From Vulcanisaeta sp. AZ3 (GTDB lineage Archaea > Thermoproteota > Thermoprotei > Thermoproteales > Thermocladiaceae): a stretch of DNA of 16,279 nucleotides. The position numbers and the translations under genes were made by a program. Where the stretch lies: the NCBI GenBank assembly GCA_000960865.2, contig JZWU02000032.1, positions 1 through 16,279 of the forward strand, in the 5' to 3' direction. Below the pieces are notes generated by a model. It saw only the letters and a list, made by a program, of their open reading frames with translations, ran no database searches and was not told where the DNA came from. The stretch's first letter is position 1. Every line of letters begins with the position of its first letter. Below are positions 7,759 through 16,279 of this stretch, piece after piece.

Positions 7759-7840
7759 ATGTAATAGCCTCCACGGGACTTGTCTATGCTGACCATACCT
7801 GTACGTTCAATGTATACATATCGTATTGCCATATGATGCA

Positions 7841-10090
7841 TCAATCGTAAGAACTCTCAGTAGGTATTTCGGAAACTCTGGACTGAGTTCCCTTGAGTAT
7901 TTCATTTATTACCTTAATTGCGTTTTTCCTTGATAGATAGTGATTGCCATTGCCGCAGTATGGGCTGTAGACACACTTTGGACATCCATCAATGCATGTG
8001 CAATGTGTTAATATGTCGAACGATATCCTAAGCACATCATCCATCTTGCTTAAGAACATCCTCGTAGCTCCCGAACCGCCTGGATATGCATCGTAAATTA
8101 TTATATGTCCAGTTGGGTATGATACGCCACCCATGTCTGTTGGTCCTGCCCCAATTACGTTTTCCCCAACCATAATTATTATATGTTCAGCAGCGTGATA
8201 ACCTTTACCCCTCTCTATGGTGTCTACGTTTTCAAAGGGGCTGAAGGTTATGAATGGCGCATATATTACTAAGCCCCTAGTCTTAAACTCATAACTTATT
8301 GGTTTCTCTAAATCTCTTCTTTCAATAATCTCACCACTACTGAATCTCTTGATTAGGTATCCATGAACCATCTCTTTAATTGTCAATTTAGCGTATTGAT
8401 AAGGCACCGAGTGTATTAAACCCTCCTCAAGGACATCATCAATCCTCGGCTCTGAGCGATAAAGGGCTGTTGTGTATAGATCATAATCATCAGAAAGTCT
8501 CTTAACGTATGCTCTCCTTGTCTCGAGATCAAGCTTCTGAACCTCATAGACTCTACCACCATGTAGATATATAGCCCCTTCATGGAGTTCTCTCAATGCC
8601 ATTGGGAGTTCCCTAAAGCCTATGACTCTCTTATTCTCACCAATTATCTTAATAGTATCACCAATACCCCTAATGCCATGTATCGTCTTAACCAATTCAC
8701 GACCTTTATCAATCACAACGTAATAATTACCCCTAACCTCAATAAGACCCTCCTTAACAAGCATCCTCAGAACCTCTTCACAAAATACGTCCACAGAACC
8801 GCTCCTCACGGGCTTCTCATAAGCCATTAATAGACAGTGTCTCCTGGCGATATCTTCATTCCTTTCCTCAACATAGAGATCCTCAGGCCTCCTGGCATAG
8901 AACTCCCTGGGGTTAGAGGTATAGTATGTACTCATTGGATCATCACCAAGCACTTGAATTACATAGGATAATTGGCCTCTCCTACCAACCCTACCGCTTC
9001 TCTGAAGGTACTTAGAGTAACTTGGTGGTATTGTTGCCATCACAGCCACGTCCACATCACCTATGTCAATCCCCATCTCGAGAGTTGGTGTAGCCAATAG
9101 GACTAAGTATTTACCTTCTCTAAATCCATCCTCAACTTCATGCCTCTCCTCAATTGTTAGGCCTGCCCTATGAACCCTAACCTTATCACTGATATTCTTC
9201 CTATCTACCAACTTCTTAATTAACTCCACGAACCTATGACTATCAGCAAACACGAGACACTTCATACCCCTCCTAACGCAAGTCACAACTAACTCCGCAG
9301 CTTCAGCAAGCCTACTTCTACTAATGGGCTTAACTAAAACATGCCTAGTAATACCCTTTCTGCCCTCAGGACCCTGCACGAGAACCACATCCTCAACTCC
9401 TAGGAGTCTTTTAGCGAAATCTGCGGGGTTTCCAACAGTAGCTGTGGACACGATGTACTGAGGATTCCTCATGAACCTGGCCATTCTACGTAAGACATAA
9501 TGTACATGTGTCCCAAAGACACCATTGTATATATGGAAATCATCGAGAACAATAATACTGTGGTCCCTGAGAACGTCCCTGAATCTAGCTACATGCGTTA
9601 ACGCCTCACTAATCATGTCGGGATTCGTGATTAATATATGAGGCGGTGATGAGTATACCCTAGACCTAACCCCACTAGGTACGTCGCCGTCATAAGGAAG
9701 TGCGGATATGTTTGTTGATTTTAGGTATTTCTGTATTCTCATTAATTGATCCCTAGCTAATGCCTTTGTTGGATACATCACTATGGACTTAACCCCCTTT
9801 CTAATAGCTAGAGTAATTAGAGGTAGGAGAAATGCTTCTGTCTTACCAACCCCTGTACCAGCCATTATTGCTGTATTCTCGCCATTAATTATTGATTGAT
9901 ATGCCCTCCACTGAAAATCATACAACCTATCAATACCTAAGCTCTTAAGCTCATTAATTAGTTCCTTAGGTAAGTCCAAAGAGTCAATGATAGGCCCATA
10001 ACTCACCTCATTAGGTTTATCCTCATGAACATGTAGTATCAACCTAGCTCTATCATTACCTAGCTCACCTATGAACTCATCCTCAAGCAT
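7841..10090 (-). CDS. SF2 helicase with C-terminal DUF1998 Zn domain (Hrq1/MrfA/YprA/SftH family); start probably ATG10090 (10120 or 10174 possible)
   Basis: Q motif LYDFQ, GTGVGKT, YPTKALARDQ, TNPDM, DDFH, STAT, TLEMGIDIG, QRSGRVGR, and C-terminal YDAYPGGSG plus CTCIDGCPKC. Confidence 0.93.
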   Translation of the reverse strand: MLEDEFIGELGNDRARLILHVHEDKPNEVSYGPIIDSLDLPKELINELKSLGIDRLYDFQWRAYQSIINGENTAIMAGTGVGKTEAFLLPLITLAIRKGVKSIVMYPTKALARDQLMRIQKYLKSTNISALPYDGDVPSGVRSRVYSSPPHILITNPDMISEALTHVARFRDVLRDHSIIVLDDFHIYNGVFGTHVHYVLRRMARFMRNPQYIVSTATVGNPADFAKRLLGVEDVVLVQGPEGRKGITRHVLVKPISRSRLAEAAELVVTCVRRGMKCLVFADSHRFVELIKKLVDRKNISDKVRVHRAGLTIEERHEVEDGFREGKYLVLLATPTLEMGIDIGDVDVAVMATIPPSYSKYLQRSGRVGRRGQLSYVIQVLGDDPMSTYYTSNPREFYARRPEDLYVEERNEDIARRHCLLMAYEKPVRSGSVDVFCEEVLRMLVKEGLIEVRGNYYVVIDKGRELVKTIHGIRGIGDTIKIIGENKRVIGFRELPMALRELHEGAIYLHGGRVYEVQKLDLETRRAYVKRLSDDYDLYTTALYRSEPRIDDVLEEGLIHSVPYQYAKLTIKEMVHGYLIKRFSSGEIIERRDLEKPISYEFKTRGLVIYAPFITFSPFENVDTIERGKGYHAAEHIIIMVGENVIGAGPTDMGGVSYPTGHIIIYDAYPGGSGATRMFLSKMDDVLRISFDILTHCTCIDGCPKCVYSPYCGNGNHYLSRKNAIKVINEILKGTQSRVSEIPTESSYD

Positions 10091-10145
10091 GTACTTAGCT
10101 ACTTTAATTCGATCAAACATGAAATGACTAAACAGGGTATCTATC

Positions 10146-10976
10146 CTAAAGATTAATAACTTTGGGTGGTTCAAGTCTCATGATACTCAACTCATCAAGC
10201 CCCTTAAGCCTTAGTACTCCACTGTCTAGAGAAAGCGCCTTGCTCCAAGCCTTAATTATGGGCCTAACTCTACCACCACACTTAGGGCACTTTCTCAATT
10301 CACTCTCAGTCTCAAAATCAACGTAACAATTAGGGCATCTAAACACATTTAATGAACGTTGATTATCAATAGCGAGAGAAACTATGCTAGGTATCTCCAG
10401 TATCATAAAGCCATCAATAATACCAACAATTTCCTTGACGAACTCAATATTGAATGAAGCGAGATCTAGGGAAGTGAAGACCTCCTTAGCGCCAAGGGAT
10501 TCCTTGATCCAATCCCTAGCCCTAATCAACCAATCCTTACTTGGAGGTGCGTTGATTATTATGGCGCCATAAGGCTTAGAGACACCTACATTAGGGTTTA
10601 TTGCATCAATCACCGCATAACTCACCTGAGAGCCTCCTGAGCCTGTAGATACTATATTAATAATATCATCCTCAACATTTAAGAAGCCCTCAGGTACTAC
10701 GCCATCAACACCGCCAGCTAATGCTGCCTTCACGAAATCCTTACTTGGTTCAGGTATTGCTGAGCCATGTATAAAGACCCTAAAGCCTAGTTTCTTAAGC
10801 CATGCCGTTACGGAGGCCAAGGAGACCAAAGGCCTGAGCTCACCTAAAACTTGCCTAATTAAATCATTATTAGCAACCTCGAATTCAGCAATAGGTTCTG
10901 GAGGCACTATTGGTGTGGCATCTCTAACGTACTTAACAGGCTTTAAATCATTGAGTAGCCAGGACCCGACAAACAT
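10146..10976 (-). CDS. Degenerate nicotinate phosphoribosyltransferase-like protein with C-terminal Zn ribbon (start 10976 or 11015)
   Basis: PPEPIAEFE..VLGEL..SLASVTAWLKK..KAALAGGVDGV resembles, by eye, the archaeal NAPRTase segment EPvlxIEG..LGxL..SGxATxAA..AAyiGGxDGvS. VFRCPNC..CPKCGGRVRPII resembles the archaeal NAPRTase C-terminal Zn ribbon. The CDS is confident; the family call is moderate. Confidence 0.55.
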   Translation of the reverse strand: MFVGSWLLNDLKPVKYVRDATPIVPPEPIAEFEVANNDLIRQVLGELRPLVSLASVTAWLKKLGFRVFIHGSAIPEPSKDFVKAALAGGVDGVVPEGFLNVEDDIINIVSTGSGGSQVSYAVIDAINPNVGVSKPYGAIIINAPPSKDWLIRARDWIKESLGAKEVFTSLDLASFNIEFVKEIVGIIDGFMILEIPSIVSLAIDNQRSLNVFRCPNCYVDFETESELRKCPKCGGRVRPIIKAWSKALSLDSGVLRLKGLDELSIMRLEPPKVINL

Positions 10977-11105
10977 GCACCAGGGCAATCCACACCACTT
11001 CAATAATATCCTCACAACAGCAATCCTAAGAAACAGGAATATTAACCTTTATTGATATCAAGTAAATGACTATTTTTATTATTGAGAAAATTATTGATAT
11101 CTTGA

Positions 11106-12863
11106 TTAAATCTTGATCTCCTTAATGTCAGGGAATTCATCCTCGAAGTACTCCTGTTCACCTTTAATTCCCTTATTTCTTTTCTCACGTTCAATTCCCC
11201 TAAGCTCCACACGCCTGATCTTACCACTAATAGTCTTAGGCAGCTCAGGTACAAATTCAATAATCCTAGGCCTCTTATATGGCGCTATGTTTAATCTAAT
11301 GAACTTAAATATATCATGAGCTAACTCTCTACTTGGCGTATATCCTGGCTTAAGAACAATGTACGCCTTAGGCACAAAGCCTCTAATTGGGTCTGGACTC
11401 GGTATCACTGCGGATTCGGCAACAGCCGGATGCCCAAGCAAATCGCTTTCCAACTCAAAGGGACCTATTCTATAATCACTCGACTTAAATACATCATCTG
11501 CACGGCCAACGAAGTACAAGTAGCCCTCATCATCCATAAATGCAACATCGCCAGTGAAGTAGAGGCCCAGTCTAAAGACCTCCTTGTTCTTATTCTCATC
11601 ATCGTAACCAACCATTAACCCAACGGGTCTTGGGCTCGTTCTAATGGTTATATGACCATCCTTATTAATACTCACGGGATTTCCATCCTCATCAACAAGC
11701 ACTATGTCATAGCCAGGGGCTGGCTTACCCATTGAGCCGGGTTTAATTTTCATTCCTGGGAAGTTACCCACCATTAGTGTTGTCTCTGTTTGGCCATAAC
11801 CGTCACGTATGTGCTTCCCCGTGGTTTTATATACTCTCTCGATAACCTCTGGATTTAACGGTTCACCGGCACTAACAAAACTCTTAATTCTCTCCAGATT
11901 GTACTTAGTCATGTCTTCAAGTATTAGCATGCGCCAGACCGTGGGTGGCGCACATAGGGTGTCAATACTATACTCCTCAAGAACCTTTAAGTGGTTTGCT
12001 CCACTGAACTTACCGCTATAGTCGTACACCACCGTGGTCGCTCCAGCATTGAATGCTGCGAAGAATGTTGACCAAGCCCACTTTGCCCAACCGGGGCTGG
12101 ATATATTCATGTGCTTGAAACCTGGCTTTACGCCAATCCAATACATGGTTGTTAAGTGCCCCATGGGATAGCTTGAGTGCGTGTGTATTACCATTTTTGG
12201 CTTTGCCGTGGTTCCTGAGGTGAAGTAAACTAATAATGTTTCGTTGGTCTTAGTCTCTACACCTCTGAAGTTCTCTGACTTGCCGTTCACTAATTCATAG
12301 TAATCAACCCAGCCGGGGCTTGATCTGCCTAGAGTTATGAAGTACTTTACACCAAGCTTTTCAAGCTTATCCTTGATCTGATTAACCCTATCAGTTACCT
12401 CGGGATCTACTATCATAGCTTTGAAATGAGCCCTAGCCGTCCTATCCTCAATATCTGATGTAGTTAATAACGTGGTTGCAGGTGCTATTACAGCACCCAT
12501 CTTCATCAGAGCCAGGAAGGACTCAAAGAGTTCAGGTCTATTGTTAAGCGTGACCATGACCGCATCACCCTTACTAACACCAAGCTCAGTTAGGGCATTG
12601 GCAAGTCTATTTGATCTAGCCCTAAGCTCGGCATAACTGAATGCCTTATAATCGCCTGTCCTAAATAATTCATCATTTATATAAATGAGTGCTGGATTTG
12701 CGGCATTCTCAGCTAGATAACCATCGAAGTAGTCCACCGCCCAGTTAAACACACCAGGAGGGGGCCATTGGAAGTTCTTCCTTGCTTCTTCATAACTACT
12801 AGCGTTGAGTAAAACATCTCTCTGCTTGAGGAACTCACCGATAACTTTCGCACTTGACTCCAT
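11106..12863 (-). CDS. AMP-forming acyl-CoA synthetase (short/medium-chain, ACSM-like)
   Basis: YFTSGTTAKPK P-loop, GYGQTE, TGD, GRADD and PKTISGK. Confidence 0.95.
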   Translation of the reverse strand: MESSAKVIGEFLKQRDVLLNASSYEEARKNFQWPPPGVFNWAVDYFDGYLAENAANPALIYINDELFRTGDYKAFSYAELRARSNRLANALTELGVSKGDAVMVTLNNRPELFESFLALMKMGAVIAPATTLLTTSDIEDRTARAHFKAMIVDPEVTDRVNQIKDKLEKLGVKYFITLGRSSPGWVDYYELVNGKSENFRGVETKTNETLLVYFTSGTTAKPKMVIHTHSSYPMGHLTTMYWIGVKPGFKHMNISSPGWAKWAWSTFFAAFNAGATTVVYDYSGKFSGANHLKVLEEYSIDTLCAPPTVWRMLILEDMTKYNLERIKSFVSAGEPLNPEVIERVYKTTGKHIRDGYGQTETTLMVGNFPGMKIKPGSMGKPAPGYDIVLVDEDGNPVSINKDGHITIRTSPRPVGLMVGYDDENKNKEVFRLGLYFTGDVAFMDDEGYLYFVGRADDVFKSSDYRIGPFELESDLLGHPAVAESAVIPSPDPIRGFVPKAYIVLKPGYTPSRELAHDIFKFIRLNIAPYKRPRIIEFVPELPKTISGKIRRVELRGIEREKRNKGIKGEQEYFEDEFPDIKEIKI

Positions 12864-12865
12864 GG

Positions 12866-12882
12866 ATTAGCAATAGCATTAA
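12866..12882. repeat. Copy 1 of the exact 17-bp element ATTAGCAATAGCATTAA (acyl-CoA synthetase promoter)
   Basis: Identical to 13768-13784. Lies between the TATA box (TTTATTAA, 12894-12887, minus strand) and ATG12863. Confidence 0.85.
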
Positions 12883-12928
12883 TTGCTTAATAAACATTAC
12901 CTAGCTCTGTTGCTATAATTACTAATTA

Positions 12929-13756
12929 CTAGACATTCATAATTGATGCTGCAATAATACCTATTACAACCATGGTGAAGCCCACAGCCATCCTAAAATT
13001 AAGGCGCTCACCAAGCCTTATTATTGCTAAAGCCTCAGTTATTAGTGGTGATAGAGATGTTATTAGTGTTGGTATTATAATCCCAGCATAATAAACTGAT
13101 AATACATATAATGGACCACCAATACCATAACTAATTAAACCAGCAAGAAATACCTTACTACTTAACCTAATCCTCACACCCTCAAGCACAATCTTCAAGA
13201 GTAAGGAACCAACCATGAGTATAACACCTCTTACGAACACAATTCCCCATGGATTAGTATAATCATAGGCTTGGTAGAGGGCTAAGAACGAAAATGCGTA
13301 GAGTACCGCCGATAATAGAGCCATCGCATAGCCATAAACTCTACCACCACCTGAACCCATTAGTAAGTATAGGCCCAGGGTTATTACTGCTGCAGGTAAC
13401 AGATAAATTACATATGAGGAATTAAATATGAGCATTAAGAGGGGTAATATAACAATGTATGAATAGGACACGGCATTGGCAACACCAACATCAGCATACC
13501 TAAGCGATATTAAAAATACATAAGTTCCAAGAACAGGTCCCAAAATTGCGAAGAGAATACCATAGACCCACGCATAGACATTAAGTGGTGGCCTAAGGAA
13601 GATGAAGGGTAGGGCTAGTATGAAGGCACCTGCTGAATTAGATATAAGGTCGTCAAGTGCGCTCCCAGAGGCTCCTACTCGGTATAGTATTGGTGATATA
13701 GCCCAAGATACAGATGCAGCAAAGGCCAGCGTAATACCGAGTACGTAGTTAATCAT
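12929..13756 (-). CDS. EamA/DMT-family transporter
   Basis: About 10 TM segments in two repeats, with motifs AASVSWAISPILYR and SLSPLITEALAIIRLGERL. Confidence 0.9.
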   Translation of the reverse strand: MINYVLGITLAFAASVSWAISPILYRVGASGSALDDLISNSAGAFILALPFIFLRPPLNVYAWVYGILFAILGPVLGTYVFLISLRYADVGVANAVSYSYIVILPLLMLIFNSSYVIYLLPAAVITLGLYLLMGSGGGRVYGYAMALLSAVLYAFSFLALYQAYDYTNPWGIVFVRGVILMVGSLLLKIVLEGVRIRLSSKVFLAGLISYGIGGPLYVLSVYYAGIIIPTLITSLSPLITEALAIIRLGERLNFRMAVGFTMVVIGIIAASIMNV

Positions 13757-13767
13757 AACTAAGCAGA

Positions 13768-13784
13768 ATTAGCAATAGCATTAA
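13768..13784. repeat. Copy 2 of the exact 17-bp element ATTAGCAATAGCATTAA (EamA promoter)
   Basis: Identical to 12866-12882. Overlaps the probable EamA TATA box (TTTTAA on the minus strand, 13786-13781). Confidence 0.85.
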
Positions 13785-13846
13785 AATGCATATCCTTAGC
13801 AACCCATGTGAGATATGCTTAAAATCTGCGCAGAATTAGTAATGGG

Positions 13847-15727
13847 GTGCTGAGGAGGAGTATTTACCTAATTGTTGGAATAGCGTTATTGATAATTGGT
13901 GCCTTACTATTAATACTCTCTCTACATAAGCAAGAGACATTGGTTCAATTTCCCACTAATACATCATCACCATCCTACCTCCTACTCAGTAATTGGAATA
14001 ATCTAAGCATCTACATATCCACAAATTATCCAATACCAAAACCAATACTTAATGGAGAACATGCAGAACCGCCATCAATACTCCAGGTATTCTATGGTAA
14101 GTATGGTTTATTGGAGATGAACATAACAATAATGGGCGCAGGACCCACTAGATCAGCCTATCTAACGCTTAACAATACAGTAATTATTGATGAAGCAGAG
14201 GGGAGAACCATGATTGCGTTACCACCAAACTACACATCAATTGCCATAATCCAAAAATCCAACGTTACCACTTACATAAAGGTCTTCCTACCGAAGAACT
14301 ACACCTATGAAGTTATTAATAGTAATGATATTGTAATAACGAATCCATTACTAATGAACATATACTCAAATGTAGAACTATCAATAAGTACCATAGGCAA
14401 TTGGACAACTATTAATGCCAGTGGGAATCATACATACATAATATTAACCATTGGTAACAATAAAACAATATCCATTAATGACTTATTAAGTATTAATAAT
14501 CGAGAGGTTAGTAAATGGCTTAGTATTGCAAGGAAGCCAAAGTTAAGCGGAGCGTTACTTAACGAGTATTACTTAAGCTTATTACTGTTAATGGACGATC
14601 AAAATCCAGTGACTGGGGAGTTTGTGGCATCACCAGAGCCGGTTTACTTCTACTCATGGGTTAGGGACTCCTCCTTTGCAGCCATAGCGCTTCAATCAGC
14701 TGGTTACTATAGGGAGGCTGAGAAGTATTGGTTATGGATGTGCAGTAATCAAAACTCAAGCGGTACTTGGTATACACGTTACAACTTTTGGTTTGGTAAT
14801 CCAGACACAACCTTCGGCATACCTGAATATGATAGCGTGGGGCTCTTTCAGATTGGTGTTTGGCAGTTTTACGAGCTCACCCATAATAAGACATTTCTTG
14901 AGACCGTCCTTCCATGCATCAATAAGTCATTGAGGTGGGAGACAGAGGCTATTGCAAGCAATGATGATTTGATACCTAAGGATCTCAGTATATGGGAGAG
15001 CAATTATGCATATAATTTCTGGACGCAGGCTATTGATGATCTTGGTCTATACTCGGCTGCACATATTTATGAAGCCTTAGGTCTAAATAACGCTTGGATT
15101 CTAAGGCTTGCCCGTGAACTCAACTCAACAATACAAAAATACTTCTATGCGAAGGGCTTTTACTCCCAGGCGTTGATGGAATCTACATTATATACAAGTA
15201 ATGGTTCAAAGATGATATACGTACCTAATGGCATACCTGATTCATCAACAATATTACCAATAGTCTTAGGCTTAATAAATCCGAGAAGCCATGAAGCCAT
15301 GAGTACAATTGATAAGGTGATTAATACGTTAATGATAAATGGCGGGCTAGCTAGATTCCCAGTCGATGATTATCACTATGATTCTAGCCTGTACGATAGC
15401 ACGGGCCCCGATCCACCTTGGGTAATAACTACATTATTCCTAGCCATGTACTACGAGGATATTGGCAATTACCCAGAGGCTCTGCAATTACTTAACTGGT
15501 GTGTTGAGCATTCACAACATGGCTTGTTACCTGAAGCTGTTGATCCGAGACTTGGTTATCCACTACCAACTACCTCACCGTTGACTTGGTCGGCTGCCAT
15601 GTATGTGATGGCATCACTTAATTATAAATCCCAGGGAAATCCCATTACTGAATTAACGGTGTTATTAGCCGTGGTTGTGATTTTACTTTCTATAATCATG
15701 TTTGTGGTTTACGGTAAGAAGAAATGA
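13847..15727 (+). CDS. Secreted or membrane-anchored GH15-like glycosidase (glucoamylase family)
   Basis: YFYSWVRDSSF, SIWE, GLLPEAVD and PLTWSAAMY are GH15 motifs. N-terminal signal/TM segment, C-terminal TM followed by GKKK, and many N-x-S/T sequons. Confidence 0.88.
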   Translation: MLRRSIYLIVGIALLIIGALLLILSLHKQETLVQFPTNTSSPSYLLLSNWNNLSIYISTNYPIPKPILNGEHAEPPSILQVFYGKYGLLEMNITIMGAGPTRSAYLTLNNTVIIDEAEGRTMIALPPNYTSIAIIQKSNVTTYIKVFLPKNYTYEVINSNDIVITNPLLMNIYSNVELSISTIGNWTTINASGNHTYIILTIGNNKTISINDLLSINNREVSKWLSIARKPKLSGALLNEYYLSLLLLMDDQNPVTGEFVASPEPVYFYSWVRDSSFAAIALQSAGYYREAEKYWLWMCSNQNSSGTWYTRYNFWFGNPDTTFGIPEYDSVGLFQIGVWQFYELTHNKTFLETVLPCINKSLRWETEAIASNDDLIPKDLSIWESNYAYNFWTQAIDDLGLYSAAHIYEALGLNNAWILRLARELNSTIQKYFYAKGFYSQALMESTLYTSNGSKMIYVPNGIPDSSTILPIVLGLINPRSHEAMSTIDKVINTLMINGGLARFPVDDYHYDSSLYDSTGPDPPWVITTLFLAMYYEDIGNYPEALQLLNWCVEHSQHGLLPEAVDPRLGYPLPTTSPLTWSAAMYVMASLNYKSQGNPITELTVLLAVVVILLSIIMFVVYGKKK

Positions 15728-15732
15728 CTTTA

Positions 15733-16278
15733 TTAAATAACTCTTATGGTCTCGCCATTGTTCATGAAGACTGTTGGTATCTTTAGTTGCAATTCAATGG
15801 TTAGAGCTAAGTTAACTATCTTACTTGGTTCTCCATGAACAAGCATTACTTTATGTGGTTTGGGTTCCATATTCTTTACATAATTAATTAATTGCCTCCT
15901 ATCACTATGCCCTGAGAATCCCGGAACCGACTCCACCTTCATCTTAATATCAAGTGTTACCTTATCTGTGTAATACCTAATGGCTATCTTCCTTTCGCCT
16001 TGCTGGATTCTTCTACCTATCGTATTCTCGGCTTGGTAGGACACAAATATGAGCATGTTTCTCTCATCCTCAGCCGCATTTACGAAATAATCCATTATAG
16101 GACCACCATTGAGCATTCCATGCGGAGCTAATATTACGGCTGGCGGGCCTTGGAGGATTTCTAAAACTTGTTCTTTACGTTTCTCAGGATCCCTCGCCCT
16201 CTCTATTGGCTTCACATACTCGCTTAAGAACGGGTTTAATCCATCATAAATCATCTCCCTCAATGTCTTATTTAGATA
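15733..16278 (-). CDS. fttA: C-terminal part of beta-CASP ribonuclease aCPSF1/FttA (5' end lies outside the window)
   Basis: GMLNGGP, FVSYQAENTIGRRIQ, GFSGHSD and LVHGE motifs. The frame stays open to the window edge (YLNKTLREMI). The KH domains are not visible, so assignment to aCPSF1 specifically is inferred. Confidence 0.8.
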   Translation of the reverse strand, partial: YLNKTLREMIYDGLNPFLSEYVKPIERARDPEKRKEQVLEILQGPPAVILAPHGMLNGGPIMDYFVNAAEDERNMLIFVSYQAENTIGRRIQQGERKIAIRYYTDKVTLDIKMKVESVPGFSGHSDRRQLINYVKNMEPKPHKVMLVHGEPSKIVNLALTIELQLKIPTVFMNNGETIRVI

Positions 16279-16279
16279 G

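Noticed and set aside
7759-7840. Possible C/D-box sRNA or tRNA in this and other intergenic gaps
   Set aside because: I found no properly arranged RUGAUGA...CUGA box pairs or cloverleaf by eye. A covariance-model search would be needed to exclude them fully.
7841-10090. DUF1998 helicase as part of a DISARM/Druantia-type defence system
   Set aside because: No methylase, DrmA/DrmC, nuclease or other defence genes are nearby. The housekeeping context fits a stand-alone Hrq1/MrfA-like repair helicase.
11042-11260. 72-aa minus-strand ORF overlapping the acyl-CoA synthetase 3' end
   Set aside because: It is an alternate-frame overlap running into AT-rich intergenic DNA, with no promoter or family features.
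426-12021. Short ORFs antisense to recognised genes (426, 1321, 4521, 4764, 5319, 6043, 8582, 10384, 11113, 11430, 11809)
   Set aside because: They lie fully or largely within well-supported genes on the opposite strand and have no recognisable motifs.

Overview
Core-genome segment of a crenarchaeon, most consistent with Thermoproteales (Vulcanisaeta/Caldivirga-like: Thermoproteales-type Cren7, AGG/ATA-rich codons, TATA boxes about 20-30 nt before start codons). Genes in order: cren7(-), ribB(-), KaiC/RecA-superfamily ATPase plus an overlapping helical hypothetical(+), DUF35 Zn-ribbon/OB-fold plus thiolase-fold protein(-) divergent from class I HMG-CoA reductase(+), Roadblock-like protein(+), isochorismatase-family cysteine hydrolase(+), UPF0104 flippase-like membrane protein(+), Hrq1/MrfA-type DUF1998 helicase(-), degenerate nicotinate-PRTase-like Zn-ribbon protein(-), AMP-forming acyl-CoA synthetase(-), EamA transporter(-), membrane-anchored GH15-like glycosidase(+), and the 3' end of an aCPSF1/FttA-type beta-CASP nuclease(-). 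I saw no mobile element, CRISPR array or RNA gene. The main oddities are: (i) a near-perfect switch from G/T-ending to A/C-ending codons at the midpoint of cren7, echoed more weakly in other genes; (ii) apparent pseudo-enzymes (thiolase lacking Cys/His, NAPRTase-like protein lacking catalytic motifs, helicase with DDFH); (iii) an exact 17-bp element shared by two adjacent promoters; (iv) an operator-like repeat cluster on the ribB promoter.
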